Made by a program: the position numbers and the translations under genes. A DNA stretch of 64,000 bases from an uncultured Chloroflexia bacterium (GTDB lineage Bacteria > Chloroflexota > Anaerolineae > Anaerolineales > UBA4823): positions 305,107-369,106 of the forward strand of contig CAWBYY010000004.1 in the NCBI GenBank assembly GCA_963793095.1, written 5' to 3'. The notes under the pieces were generated by a model. The model was not told the DNA's origin. It made no database searches and worked only from the letters and a program-made list of their open reading frames with translations. Positions within the stretch are counted from its first letter, which is position 1; each line of letters starts with the position of its first letter. Shown piece after piece: positions 1-9,379 of the stretch.

Positions 1-2
1 CT

Positions 3-878
3 TTAAACTCGCACAAGGGTACATACGGCACTGCACTTATTGTTGCTGGTTCAGTAAACTATACTGGGGCTGCATATCTCGCTGGTATGGCAGCCTATAG
101 GGTAGGTACCGGATTGGTCACTATGGCTATCCCATCCCCGTTGCACACCGCTCTTGCAGGAATTTTTCCCGAGGCTATATGGCTGCCCTTACCTCACAAT
201 AGCGGTTTTATCGCCTCAGATGCCGTTGAAATTGTTCTGGATAATGTCAGTAAAGTTACTGGCATGTTGATTGGACCAGGATTTGGGATAAATCAATCAA
301 CATCAGGGTTTATTTCAGGAATTCTTAAACATGGAAAAGCCAGAATTGAAAATGCTGGTGATAAAAATCCCAATTTTGAACTTCCGCCTTCAGTAATCGA
401 TGCCGACGGGTTAAAGCTTATTGCAGAATTAAAACATTGGTGGAGGTATTTACCTCCTCTAACAATCCTGACACCTCACCCGGGGGAAATGGCGGTACTG
501 ACCGGCTTGAGTGTTAAGGAAATTCAATCCAACAGGCTGGAAATCGCGTCTGAATACAGTAAAAAATGGGGCCAAATCCTGGTTCTCAAAGGCGCGTTCA
601 CAGTTATTGCACATCCAGATGAAATCGTTGCAGTGATTCCAATTGCAACTCCTGCATTATCAAAAGCAGGTACTGGGGACGTGTTGGCGGGTATGATCGT
701 TGGTTTTTTAGCCCAGGGATTACAACCCTTTAAATCAGCAGTACTCGGTTCCTGGATTCATGCAAAATCAGGGGTGCTAACTGCCGAAGAACATGGGAAT
801 ACCGCTTCTGTTATTGCAGGTGACTTAATGGATGCAATCCCTGAAATAATATCGACAATCACCGGATTAAAAAAATAG
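3..878 (+). CDS. nnrD: NAD(P)H-hydrate dehydratase (NnrD/YjeF C-terminal domain), 5' end outside window
   Basis: Frame is open from base 3: HKGTYGTALIVAGSVNYTGAAYLA, then VIDADGL, LTPHPGEMA, VLKGAFT and LSKAGTGDVLAG, all YjeF_C motifs. Confidence 0.92.
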   Translation, partial: LNSHKGTYGTALIVAGSVNYTGAAYLAGMAAYRVGTGLVTMAIPSPLHTALAGIFPEAIWLPLPHNSGFIASDAVEIVLDNVSKVTGMLIGPGFGINQSTSGFISGILKHGKARIENAGDKNPNFELPPSVIDADGLKLIAELKHWWRYLPPLTILTPHPGEMAVLTGLSVKEIQSNRLEIASEYSKKWGQILVLKGAFTVIAHPDEIVAVIPIATPALSKAGTGDVLAGMIVGFLAQGLQPFKSAVLGSWIHAKSGVLTAEEHGNTASVIAGDLMDAIPEIISTITGLKK

Positions 879-924
879 GATTGCTTCCGAATTCCTGACC
901 CTGATTCAGTCTTTAGCAATCCTA
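876..924. terminator. Inverted repeat between convergent genes, possible terminator
   Basis: TAGGATTGCT (876-885) / AGCAATCCTA (915-924), 10-bp arms with a 29-nt loop; no clear U-tract. Confidence 0.3.
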
Positions 925-1023
925 ATAATCAAATTATTAATACTGGCTTTCTTCAGATACGCAGATTGGCTCCATCCAACTTCCAAATTCTGGAGAAATT
1001 CTTCCCATCAACACCTCATCAGG

Positions 1024-1311
1024 TTAAGATTCCACCTGGTCGATTTCTTCAACAATTATCCCTTCTTCAGTTTTTTCCTGTTTCTTTGATAGACGTGTTT
1101 TTTGTTCTTCCAACACAACCTGCCCGCGCTTTTGAAGATCTGAAACCCCATCTTTTGTTTTTTCCTGCAATTCGATGCTTTTATCCTTAATCATCGTCCG
1201 GGTTTCTTCTCCTGACATAGGAGCTAAAAGTAATGCAACTGCTCCACCTACAAGCGCCCCCATTAAAAAACCTGATAAGAACGCACCAAATTCTCCATCT
1301 TTCTCTGCCAT
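1024..1311 (-). CDS. YtxH domain-containing protein
   Basis: N-terminal FLSGFLMGALVGGAVALLLAPMSGEETR is the YtxH signature, followed by a charged helical tail. Confidence 0.85.
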   Translation of the reverse strand: MAEKDGEFGAFLSGFLMGALVGGAVALLLAPMSGEETRTMIKDKSIELQEKTKDGVSDLQKRGQVVLEEQKTRLSKKQEKTEEGIIVEEIDQVES

Positions 1312-1325
1312 TTCTATCTCCTTTT

Positions 1326-1832
1326 TTAGTCCGATTTTCTTGATGTGCGCCGGGATAATCCAAGCAAAATTAAGAGTTGTCTTAGACCGGCTGCATATTC
1401 ATTCGCTTTGATAACTGGTTGAACAAGATTTTCACTGAGAAAAGCGGTTGTTCCACGCAAATTACTTACAGTTTCATTTGTTGATTCAACTATTGGCTTT
1501 ATTTCATTCTGCAACAAGTTCAGTAATTTGGCTAATTGAATCATCAATATAACCAATGTTAATCCGATTAATATCGATTCAATTGCCAGAAAAATGATAA
1601 AGACATCCCGGATCTTACTTGTATTGGTGGTTGGCAGCATCAAATAGTAGACAGTCACTGCTAACACCAGCATAAAAATGATAACCAGAAATATTCCAAT
1701 TATTACGTATTTTTTCTGATCTGAGGTTAATTCTTGTGGATCGTAATCGGTTTGTCCTGAGCTGCTGCCAATATACTTAGCGTTGTTCTCAGGTTGAATT
1801 GATTCTTCTAAGTAGTTTTTTTCTTGACTCAT
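1326..1832 (-). CDS. Membrane protein with two TM helices and a C-terminal coiled coil, YtxG/DUF948-like
   Basis: Two hydrophobic segments, then LQNEIKPIVESTNETVSNLRGT; lies directly upstream of the YtxH gene, like the ytxG-ytxH pair. Confidence 0.55.
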   Translation of the reverse strand: MSQEKNYLEESIQPENNAKYIGSSSGQTDYDPQELTSDQKKYVIIGIFLVIIFMLVLAVTVYYLMLPTTNTSKIRDVFIIFLAIESILIGLTLVILMIQLAKLLNLLQNEIKPIVESTNETVSNLRGTTAFLSENLVQPVIKANEYAAGLRQLLILLGLSRRTSRKSD

Positions 1833-1867
1833 TATGATGTTCTCTTCCAGGAAGATACAGCCTCGCC

Positions 1868-1876
1868 ATTATAACA
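1868..1876 (-). promoter_or_regulatory. Extended -10 promoter element for the ytxG/ytxH-like pair
   Basis: Minus strand reads TGTTATAAT about 35 nt upstream of the 1832 start. Confidence 0.4.
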
Positions 1877-2033
1877 TGAGGGGTAAAGCTTTTTTTCCAA
1901 TATGCAGAAGTATTTTTGATACTAATTAATAAATTCGGTTATTCAGTTCTAGCTATCACAAACTTTGAACAAGTTTATAAATCCAAATATAATTGCAGTT
2001 GATTTCACTAACTACATAATGATTTCGGCTAAA

Positions 2034-2054
2034 TATTCGATTATATAACGAATA
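2034..2054. promoter_or_regulatory. Near-perfect palindrome, candidate operator upstream of potA
   Basis: TATTCG-A-TTATATAA-CGAATA; palindromic except for one extra base. Confidence 0.3.
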
Positions 2055-2217
2055 CTCATGAATTACGAACAATCATTTATTCCCCAAAAGTTTAGTAAAT
2101 AAAGAATTGTATTATCTTATAGATTATAATTCCATTTGATTTCAAATCAAATTTGGGGCACATCCGACGGTTGAAACAACGAAACTTCAAAATCTTCATT
2201 CATCATAATAAACCTAA

Positions 2218-3088
2218 TTGATTGTGAAAGAATTTGCGGTTGAACTCAAAAATGTAGTAAAAAAATTTGGAAATGTTACAGCCGTAAATGATGTTTCACT
2301 AAAAATTCCAGATGGGGAATTTTTCTCATTACTGGGACCCAGCGGGTGTGGGAAAACGACCACTCTGCGTCTGATTGGTGGATTTGAACTGCCTACTGAT
2401 GGAGAGGTTTTTATCCAGGGAGAAACCCAGGGATACAAACCCCCTTTCTGGAGAACGGTCAATACTGTTTTTCAGAATTATGCCCTTTTTCCTCACATGA
2501 ACGTTTTCCAGAATGTGGCATTTGGGCTGTAAATGCAGAAAATCCCGAAACCTGAAATTGAAAAAAGAGTAAATGAAACCCTCGAAATGGTTCATTTACC
2601 TAAAATGGGAAGCCGTAAACCCAACCAACTATCTGGCGGACAGCAGCAAAGAGTTGCCCTGACGAGAGCATTAATTAACCACCCAAAGTCTTGTTGTTGG
2701 ATGAACCGCTGGGCGCTCTTGACCTTAAACTGAGAAAAGCGATGCAGTTAGAACTCAAGATCCTCCACCAAAGAGTGGGAATAACTTTCATTTATGTAAC
2801 CCATGATCAGGAAGAAGCACTTACAATGTCTGATCGAATTGCAGTAATGGAATTTAGTAAGATTCTTCAAGTAGGTCCTCCAGAAGAGATTTATAAAAAC
2901 CCGCGAAAGTATTCGTGGCTGAATTTATCGGTGGGACAAATTTTATGAATGCGAGTGTAATCTCGATTAACTCTGATGTTGTTTGCTTGCTGGTTAAGGA
3001 ACAATTCGATGTTAGCTCTACAAAGGTTCCCGGTTTATCAACCAATCAGTAAGTATCCCTTGCTGTTAGACCAGAAAGAGGGTCTTAA
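2218..3088 (+). pseudogene. potA: Spermidine/putrescine ABC transporter ATP-binding subunit, disrupted and truncated
   Basis: Walker [37 protein letters not shown] and [10 protein letters not shown] are present. In-frame TAA at 2530 and 3050, frameshifts near 2690 and 2910. The frame ends just after VSLAVRPER; no potBCD follows. Confidence 0.85.
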
Positions 3089-3127
3089 TATGAATACTCC
3101 GAATTCTATTAACAGGATCTGACCTTT

Positions 3128-4576
3128 ATGTTTATTAATGGAAAATATACATCTGGATATGCCGAGCAAATGTTTTCAGTGATCAATCCTGCAACTGAAG
3201 AGATTATTGATGAAGTCTATCGTGGCACACAATTGGATTCCCAGGCTGCCGTGGAAGCGGCGAAAAAAGCGTTTCCAGAATGGCGCAAGACGCCCGCTTC
3301 AGAAAGAGCTGCAATTCTGCATTCAGTCGCTGCAAATATTCGCCAACACCATGATGAGTTAGTTAAGCTGCTAACAATGGAAGAGGGGAAACCGGTCCCT
3401 GAAAATAATGAAGAGCTGTGGTGGACTGAGGAAACTTTTGATTACTATGCCGAGATCGGACGCCACAACAGGGGAGAGGTGATCCCACCCGGGGATCCCT
3501 CCCAATTTAACTTTGTCTTGAAGGAACCCTGGGGGGTTGTCGCCTGTATTGTCCCCTGGAATTATCCACTGTTGCTCCTGGTCTGGAAGATAGCTCCTGC
3601 TCTTGCTGCGGGGAACACAGTTGTTATCAAACCTTCCAATCTCACCCCTTTGACCACATTGAGGATCGCCCAGATTGCTTTTGAACGATTTCCACCTGGT
3701 GTGGTGAATATTCTTACAGGATTTGGTCCGGAAGTTGGTGAACCTCTGGTGTTGCACCCGGATGTATCCATGATTGCTGTAACCGGTTCTCTGGAAGTAG
3801 GCCAGCATATTGCCAGTCTTGCAGCTCCTAAAATGAAAAAACTGCACCTGGAATTAGGAGGAAAAGACCCAATGGTAATTGCGCCGGACGTTAATATCTC
3901 CACTGCAGTGAGCAGTCTGGCATATGCTTCACTAATAAACACCGGCCAGGTCTGTACCAGTACTGAAAGAGTGTACGTAGATATCAAAATATTTTCAAAT
4001 TTCGTCGAAGAGCTTACTGATTTTGTCTCGAAATTACGGTTAGGAAATGGACTCGATGAGGGGACTGATATCGGTCCCATGATTCGGGATAAATTTCGGA
4101 GAAAAGTCGATGCTCAAATCAACCAGGCTGTCAAATCTGGGGCGACTGTTCTCACAGGAGGAAAAATTCCCGAAAAATTCACACGCGGCTATTTCTATGA
4201 ACCAACTGTAATGGTCAATGTAGACCATTCAATGAGCATCATGCGCGATGAGACCTTTGGACCGGTTATCCCGATCATGCCCTATAAAGATTTTGATGAG
4301 GCGATAAATCTGGCGAATGACAACCAGTTTGGCCTCGGTGCATCATTAATGACCCATGATGCAAAACTTGTCAAACGTTTTTTTGAAGAAGTCCAGGCAG
4401 GAAGTATCTGGATTAACGATCCATTGACCGATAATTTCGCTGGCCCATTTGGCGGGATGAAAATGAGTGGAATCGGAAGAGAATTGGGACAGGAAGGATT
4501 TGATGAATTCTGCCAGGTAAAACACGTTCACTGGGATATCGAGGGTAATTTGAAGGATTACTGGTATCCATATTAA
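3128..4576 (+). CDS. NAD(P)-dependent aldehyde dehydrogenase (aminoaldehyde/betaine-aldehyde-like)
   Basis: IVPWNYP, KPS, ELGGKDP, catalytic GQVCTS, ETFGPV and PFGGMKMSGIGRE. Confidence 0.95.
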   Translation: MFINGKYTSGYAEQMFSVINPATEEIIDEVYRGTQLDSQAAVEAAKKAFPEWRKTPASERAAILHSVAANIRQHHDELVKLLTMEEGKPVPENNEELWWTEETFDYYAEIGRHNRGEVIPPGDPSQFNFVLKEPWGVVACIVPWNYPLLLLVWKIAPALAAGNTVVIKPSNLTPLTTLRIAQIAFERFPPGVVNILTGFGPEVGEPLVLHPDVSMIAVTGSLEVGQHIASLAAPKMKKLHLELGGKDPMVIAPDVNISTAVSSLAYASLINTGQVCTSTERVYVDIKIFSNFVEELTDFVSKLRLGNGLDEGTDIGPMIRDKFRRKVDAQINQAVKSGATVLTGGKIPEKFTRGYFYEPTVMVNVDHSMSIMRDETFGPVIPIMPYKDFDEAINLANDNQFGLGASLMTHDAKLVKRFFEEVQAGSIWINDPLTDNFAGPFGGMKMSGIGRELGQEGFDEFCQVKHVHWDIEGNLKDYWYPY

Positions 4577-4605
4577 TCAAGTAATTTCTCCAACTTACCT
4601 TAAAT

Positions 4606-5202
4606 CTATTCACCTGCCAGCAATTCGATTTCTGAAAAAACATACTTGAGTTCATCAACCATTTGGGAGTCGGATTTTTCCTGGAAAATTTCAATCAGCG
4701 AACGGTAATACCAGAACATCCCTTCTTTACCACCATTAAACTTTTCCCAAACCTTGTCACCTTCGCGTTTATAAACCTGAAGAAGTGAACGTGCATTATG
4801 GAGTTTATCCGCCAGGGATACTAACAATATGGCCGGGTCGGCTTGTGTCAATTCGGCCAGATATTCTACTTTTCTAATTTTCCAGGGAGGTTTTGGTGTT
4901 TGAAACGTATCGCTGCAGCCTGCAACAATCGCGGCAACTTTCTCGCCAAAATGAAACTTAATCAATTCAAGCGTTTCTAAACCGCCCTGGTCTTCCGCTG
5001 CATCATGAAGCAAAGCCGCAATAGCCTGGTCCTCATCGCCGCCATTTTCAACCACCAGTGAGGCAACTGACAGGAGATGGGTGATATAGGGAGCGTTTGT
5101 AGCTTTTCTTCTCTGCGAAAAATGAAGTTGATTGGCTATGATAAAGGCTCGTTCAAACCGGCCTGATAAATTTTTGTTATCCATTAAATCTCCGCTACTC
5201 AA
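4606..5202 (-). CDS. Stand-alone RelA/SpoT-type HD hydrolase (small alarmone hydrolase/Mesh1-like)
   Basis: QRRKATNAPYITH, ALLHDAAED and LADKLHNAR motifs; no synthetase domain. Confidence 0.8.
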   Translation of the reverse strand: MSSGDLMDNKNLSGRFERAFIIANQLHFSQRRKATNAPYITHLLSVASLVVENGGDEDQAIAALLHDAAEDQGGLETLELIKFHFGEKVAAIVAGCSDTFQTPKPPWKIRKVEYLAELTQADPAILLVSLADKLHNARSLLQVYKREGDKVWEKFNGGKEGMFWYYRSLIEIFQEKSDSQMVDELKYVFSEIELLAGE

Positions 5203-5205
5203 CTC

Positions 5206-6387
5206 TCAGGCAGGGATTGTAAGGCTGCTAAGAACACTTGGGTAATAGGTTAATAACTCAATTCCTTCTTCGGTAACCAGCACTGTATCTGAATGCCGGT
5301 ATCCTCCCAAATTTCCAGCATACAACCCTGGTTCAACAGTGAATACCATACCCGGTTTAATAACTGTATGATCTCCAATATCAAGAAACGGACCCTCATG
5401 GTAACGCAGTCCGATAGCATGTCCAGCATGGTGTTTCCAGAATTTCATCAGGTCATGTTTTTCATAATATAAACGCACTTCCCTGTCAACTTCTGAACAG
5501 GGTATTCCGGGTTGGATCGCCTCCAGAGCAGTTTGCTGTAATCCTAGCATGTGGTCGAACAGGTACTTTTGATCATCATTTGGAGTACCGATGATCATTG
5601 TCCTTTCGAGTTCAGAGTTATATCCCCAGACAGGTGCATTAGCCCCGGTTACCAGGACATCTCCTGTTTGGAAGACAATATTTCCAGCCAGCGAATGCGG
5701 AACAGAAGCGTTACGGCCGATCTGGCCTCTATAACCAGCATGCGCCCCACTATCGAATGCGCTTTGGGATTGATAAACAGGACCAATCGCATCCAGCATG
5801 GATCTGGTTGCTTCCATACTGGCTCTAAGGCTCACTTCGGTTTCTGTTTCACCTGGTCGAGTATAGCGCTGAAGTAGAGTGTGAGCCAGATTGCCCCATT
5901 TAACACTCTCCTTTATTAGCGTTATCTCCGCAGGGCTTTTTATCGTCATTTTCTCTTCGATAAAATCCGAAATTTCAAGCGGTATATTTCCGGCTAATTC
6001 TGTCAGAGTTGGCCCTTTGTATCCGAAAATAGTTGGGTAACCATCATTATCTGAGCAGAATAGATCTCCAATACCCATATCATTCAATAACTTCAGTAAT
6101 CCTTCCATCGGGTGCAAAATATAAGGATACTCAGGATAGGAAACCACCTGGTCAATTGTAATCTTTGTTTCAGCGTGCTCCTGCTCAAGAAAAGGTACAT
6201 ATAATGCCTGGTCACCTTTAGTATTCATTATGAAAACAATCGGTCGTTCGGTTGGGATGAATGCAAAACCGCAATAATACAGGATGTAGTAATTGTTAAA
6301 TAAGATGACACCCTCGGCGTTTAATGAGAGTAAATGTTCCTGCAGCGCCCTGGTCCTGGTTCGATATTCATTTACAGACAATTTCAT
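5206..6387 (-). CDS. M24 (pita-bread fold) family protein, creatinase/Xaa-Pro peptidase-like
   Basis: Creatinase-like N-domain, IKSPAEI, HAGHAIGL, VFTVEPGLY and DTVLVTEEG; metal ligands partly non-canonical. Confidence 0.85.
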   Translation of the reverse strand: MKLSVNEYRTRTRALQEHLLSLNAEGVILFNNYYILYYCGFAFIPTERPIVFIMNTKGDQALYVPFLEQEHAETKITIDQVVSYPEYPYILHPMEGLLKLLNDMGIGDLFCSDNDGYPTIFGYKGPTLTELAGNIPLEISDFIEEKMTIKSPAEITLIKESVKWGNLAHTLLQRYTRPGETETEVSLRASMEATRSMLDAIGPVYQSQSAFDSGAHAGYRGQIGRNASVPHSLAGNIVFQTGDVLVTGANAPVWGYNSELERTMIIGTPNDDQKYLFDHMLGLQQTALEAIQPGIPCSEVDREVRLYYEKHDLMKFWKHHAGHAIGLRYHEGPFLDIGDHTVIKPGMVFTVEPGLYAGNLGGYRHSDTVLVTEEGIELLTYYPSVLSSLTIPA

Positions 6388-6404
6388 CTATCTGATCTCC
6401 ACAT

Positions 6405-6818
6405 TTAATTATTAATTTTAAATTCACTTGTGAACGGTACGGAGGGACGCAATGTGTTGATTACCGAACAGTATTTGTCCTCTGATAATTTGATTGCCTT
6501 CTTCAGTTTTTCAGGATTTACCGGTCCTTCAACGATATACTGGAGGTGGATTTTCGTAAAAATATATGGGGGCTCTTCATTTTGATCGCCGTGACAGATA
6601 ACCTTTAAGTCTTTTAAAGGCTCACGCTGTTTAACAAGAATTTCGACAACATCATAAGCAGAACAGGATGCCACAGACATTAACAACAGGTCTGAAGGTT
6701 TGACCCCCTCCCATTCAAATTGCTGCTCGGGTGAGCGTCCGATCACAACCGAATGACCGTTCGAATCGCTTGCCATCATTAGTTTTTCTTCAATCCATCT
6801 GAGTGTTATTGTTGACAT
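6405..6818 (-). CDS. OsmC/Ohr family protein
   Basis: KPSDLLLMSVASCSAYDV and EDKYCSVINTL carry both conserved Cys. Confidence 0.9.
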   Translation of the reverse strand: MSTITLRWIEEKLMMASDSNGHSVVIGRSPEQQFEWEGVKPSDLLLMSVASCSAYDVVEILVKQREPLKDLKVICHGDQNEEPPYIFTKIHLQYIVEGPVNPEKLKKAIKLSEDKYCSVINTLRPSVPFTSEFKINN

Positions 6819-6858
6819 TGTTACGAAGTCTCCAAGAATAAAAATGTTAAAATATTAA

Positions 6859-7902
6859 TTAAACCCTCCACATATTTCGGGCTTCCCTTACAACCGGTAT
6901 CCAGGAATTCCCTTCAGATCTGGGCGGTGGTCCAAGATAGTCATTCCATTCCTCCCCAAGGAGCGCCGCGACAGCTGCCTGAAGACAAGCCGCGGCTGCT
7001 TCAAGATCATACCCTCCTTCCAGAAACAGGGCGATACGCCCCTGACAGTTTGTACCAGCCCAATCTACCATCCATTTAATTATCCTGCCGAAGCCTTCCG
7101 CCGATAGGACAAGATGGCCAAGGGGATCCCTCCAATGCGGGTCAAAACCTATGCTCAACAGTAGCATTTCTGGCATATATTTATCCAGGAGTGGGATGAC
7201 CAGCTCTTCAAATACCGCTCTGAAACCCGTATCACCCGTACCTGGTGGAAGCGGAAAATTTGCAGTGTAGCCTTGCCCCTTACCGCCCCCGGTTTCTTTC
7301 AATTGTCCTGTACCAGGGTAAAGTGGAGACTGGTGGGTTGAAAAGAAGAATACATCATCCCTTTCCCAGAAGATATCCTGGGTGCCATTTCCATGATGCA
7401 GATCGATGTCTACAATTGCCAGTTTATTAGCTTTAGATCCAAAACCCGCCTCTAAATTTAAAAGGTAATTTGCTGCAATAGCGATATTATTAAGAAGACA
7501 GAAGCCCATTCCTTGTCTTCTGGTAGCATGGTGACCAGGAGGTCTTGTCAATGCCAAACCAGCCCTGCTTTCTCCGATCCAGACAGAATTTGCTACAGAT
7601 AGAGCGCCGCCGGCAGAATTTAGCGCAAGTTGATACGAACCGGTAGTTGTGTAGGTATCGGCGTCGAGCCGTAAACCCGACATGCAGGATTTGTATAAAT
7701 TCTCTATATAATCTTTGTCATGGACTTTCCTGATTAAATCCCCAGACGGCTCCTGAGGTTCTAGTTTTGGAAATGCATCCCACCATCCCGCCTCCAGTAA
7801 AGCAGTTCGAATCGCTTCAATCCTTTCAGGACGTTCCGGATGTCCCGGTTCGAAATGCACTTCATGTCCCTCGGGGTAATAAAAAACCAATTCATTAACC
7901 AT
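6859..7902 (-). CDS. Histone deacetylase family amidohydrolase (AcuC/acetylpolyamine amidohydrolase-like)
   Basis: HPERPERI, RPPGHHA, GFCLLNNIA, DIDLHHGNGTQDIF, GFDPHWRDPL and LEGGY. Confidence 0.93.
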   Translation of the reverse strand: MVNELVFYYPEGHEVHFEPGHPERPERIEAIRTALLEAGWWDAFPKLEPQEPSGDLIRKVHDKDYIENLYKSCMSGLRLDADTYTTTGSYQLALNSAGGALSVANSVWIGESRAGLALTRPPGHHATRRQGMGFCLLNNIAIAANYLLNLEAGFGSKANKLAIVDIDLHHGNGTQDIFWERDDVFFFSTHQSPLYPGTGQLKETGGGKGQGYTANFPLPPGTGDTGFRAVFEELVIPLLDKYMPEMLLLSIGFDPHWRDPLGHLVLSAEGFGRIIKWMVDWAGTNCQGRIALFLEGGYDLEAAAACLQAAVAALLGEEWNDYLGPPPRSEGNSWIPVVREARNMWRV

Positions 7903-8110
7903 TATGACTACGTCCTTTCTATTATGGTGAGGCCTATTCTGCCTGACCTCAGATTAAATGTCAACTACAGTGCTCAAATAAGAACCGGGTATCAGATAAT
8001 AAAAATTGTATTCCTCAAACTTCAATTGTAAAAATCTAAGGTAATATTCTTTCACTGCCAATTTACATAACTAACCAAACAGCACAAAAGACCCTGATCT
8101 GGAGCAGCAA

Positions 8111-9295
8111 ATGACCCAGTCCGATATTACCTATGTCAGCCACCTTGAATGTTCAAACTGCCATAAAACATATGATGCAAATAAACTGACAAACCTGTGT
8201 CCTCAGTGCAACAAACCAATATTCGTTCGGTATGACCTGAATGCAGTGAAGAAAAGGATGAACCGGGAAGAGATTTCATCAAGAGAACCCACCCTCTGGC
8301 GCTATCACGAACTCCTTCCCCTTAAAAATCCAGCCAACAGGGTCAGTTTGGGAGAAGGTAATACTCCTTTGATCAAAGCCAGGCGTTTGGGGAAGTCGCT
8401 TGGTTTGAGTAATCTTTACATAAAGGATGAAAGCCAGAACCCTACTGGATCATTCAAGGACCGGGGCATGTCTGTGGCGGTATCGCGTGCTTTAGAATTG
8501 GGCGTATCATATTTCTGCATCCCGTCTGCAGGAAATGCCGCCAGTTCTTTGAGCGCTTATGCTGCCTTTTCGGGTTCACTCGCCCAGGTATTCATGCCCG
8601 AGGATGTTTCAAGGACTTTTTTAGTTGAATGTAAAAATGCCGGCGCTAATGTTGCGCTTGTAAAAGGGACAATCGCTGATGCAGGAATCAAGGCTGGAGA
8701 ATTTGTTCGAGAATCAAACAGTTTCAATATCTCAACCCTAAAAGAGCCGTACAGACTGGAAGGTAAAAAAACAATGGGGTATGAAATTGCGGAACAGTTT
8801 GGCTGGAAACTTCCGGATGTAATCATTTATCCTACTGGTGGAGGGACTGGTCTTATTGGGATGTGGAAATCATTTGATGAAATGGAAAAACTCGGCTGGA
8901 TTGATAGAGCTCGTCCACGGATGGTGGCGGTGCAATCATCTGGCTGTGCTCCTATTGTCGAAGCTTTTAACAACGATCTCTATTTCGCCTCTCCCTGGGA
9001 AAATCCGAAAACAATCGCTGAAGGCCTGCGGGTACCGGCAGCAGTGGGAGATTTTTTAATCCTGAAAGCTCTGAATGAAAGTAAAGGAATTGCTCTTTCT
9101 ATAGGTGATGAAGAAATCATCCAATCAATAAAAGAATTCGGGCAGTTTCTGGGAATTCTTGTCTCCCCTGAAGGCGCAGCAACCCTGGCTGCTTTGAAGA
9201 AACTTCTCAGAGCTGGCTGGATCGAAGCTGAAGAAGTAGTAGTCTTATTTCAAACTGGGAGCGGATTGAAGTACTCTCACCTTTTAGATTATTGA
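8111..9295 (+). CDS. thrC: Threonine synthase with N-terminal zinc ribbon
   Basis: CxxC...CxxC N-terminus, SLGEGNTPL, PLP-lysine motif NPTGSFKDRG, SAGNAA and YPTGGGTG. Confidence 0.9.
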   Translation: MTQSDITYVSHLECSNCHKTYDANKLTNLCPQCNKPIFVRYDLNAVKKRMNREEISSREPTLWRYHELLPLKNPANRVSLGEGNTPLIKARRLGKSLGLSNLYIKDESQNPTGSFKDRGMSVAVSRALELGVSYFCIPSAGNAASSLSAYAAFSGSLAQVFMPEDVSRTFLVECKNAGANVALVKGTIADAGIKAGEFVRESNSFNISTLKEPYRLEGKKTMGYEIAEQFGWKLPDVIIYPTGGGTGLIGMWKSFDEMEKLGWIDRARPRMVAVQSSGCAPIVEAFNNDLYFASPWENPKTIAEGLRVPAAVGDFLILKALNESKGIALSIGDEEIIQSIKEFGQFLGILVSPEGAATLAALKKLLRAGWIEAEEVVVLFQTGSGLKYSHLLDY

Positions 9296-9379
9296 CAATA
9301 AAAAATGGTGATTTTACAATACAACAAGATATTGGTTAGTCTTAATAAATAACTTTAAAAAAAATGCAAGGAGTTTAAA

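Noticed and set aside
937-1008. 23-aa minus-strand ORF with a GAGGTG SD after ytxH
   Set aside because: No recognisable motif and short SD spacing; chance cannot be excluded.
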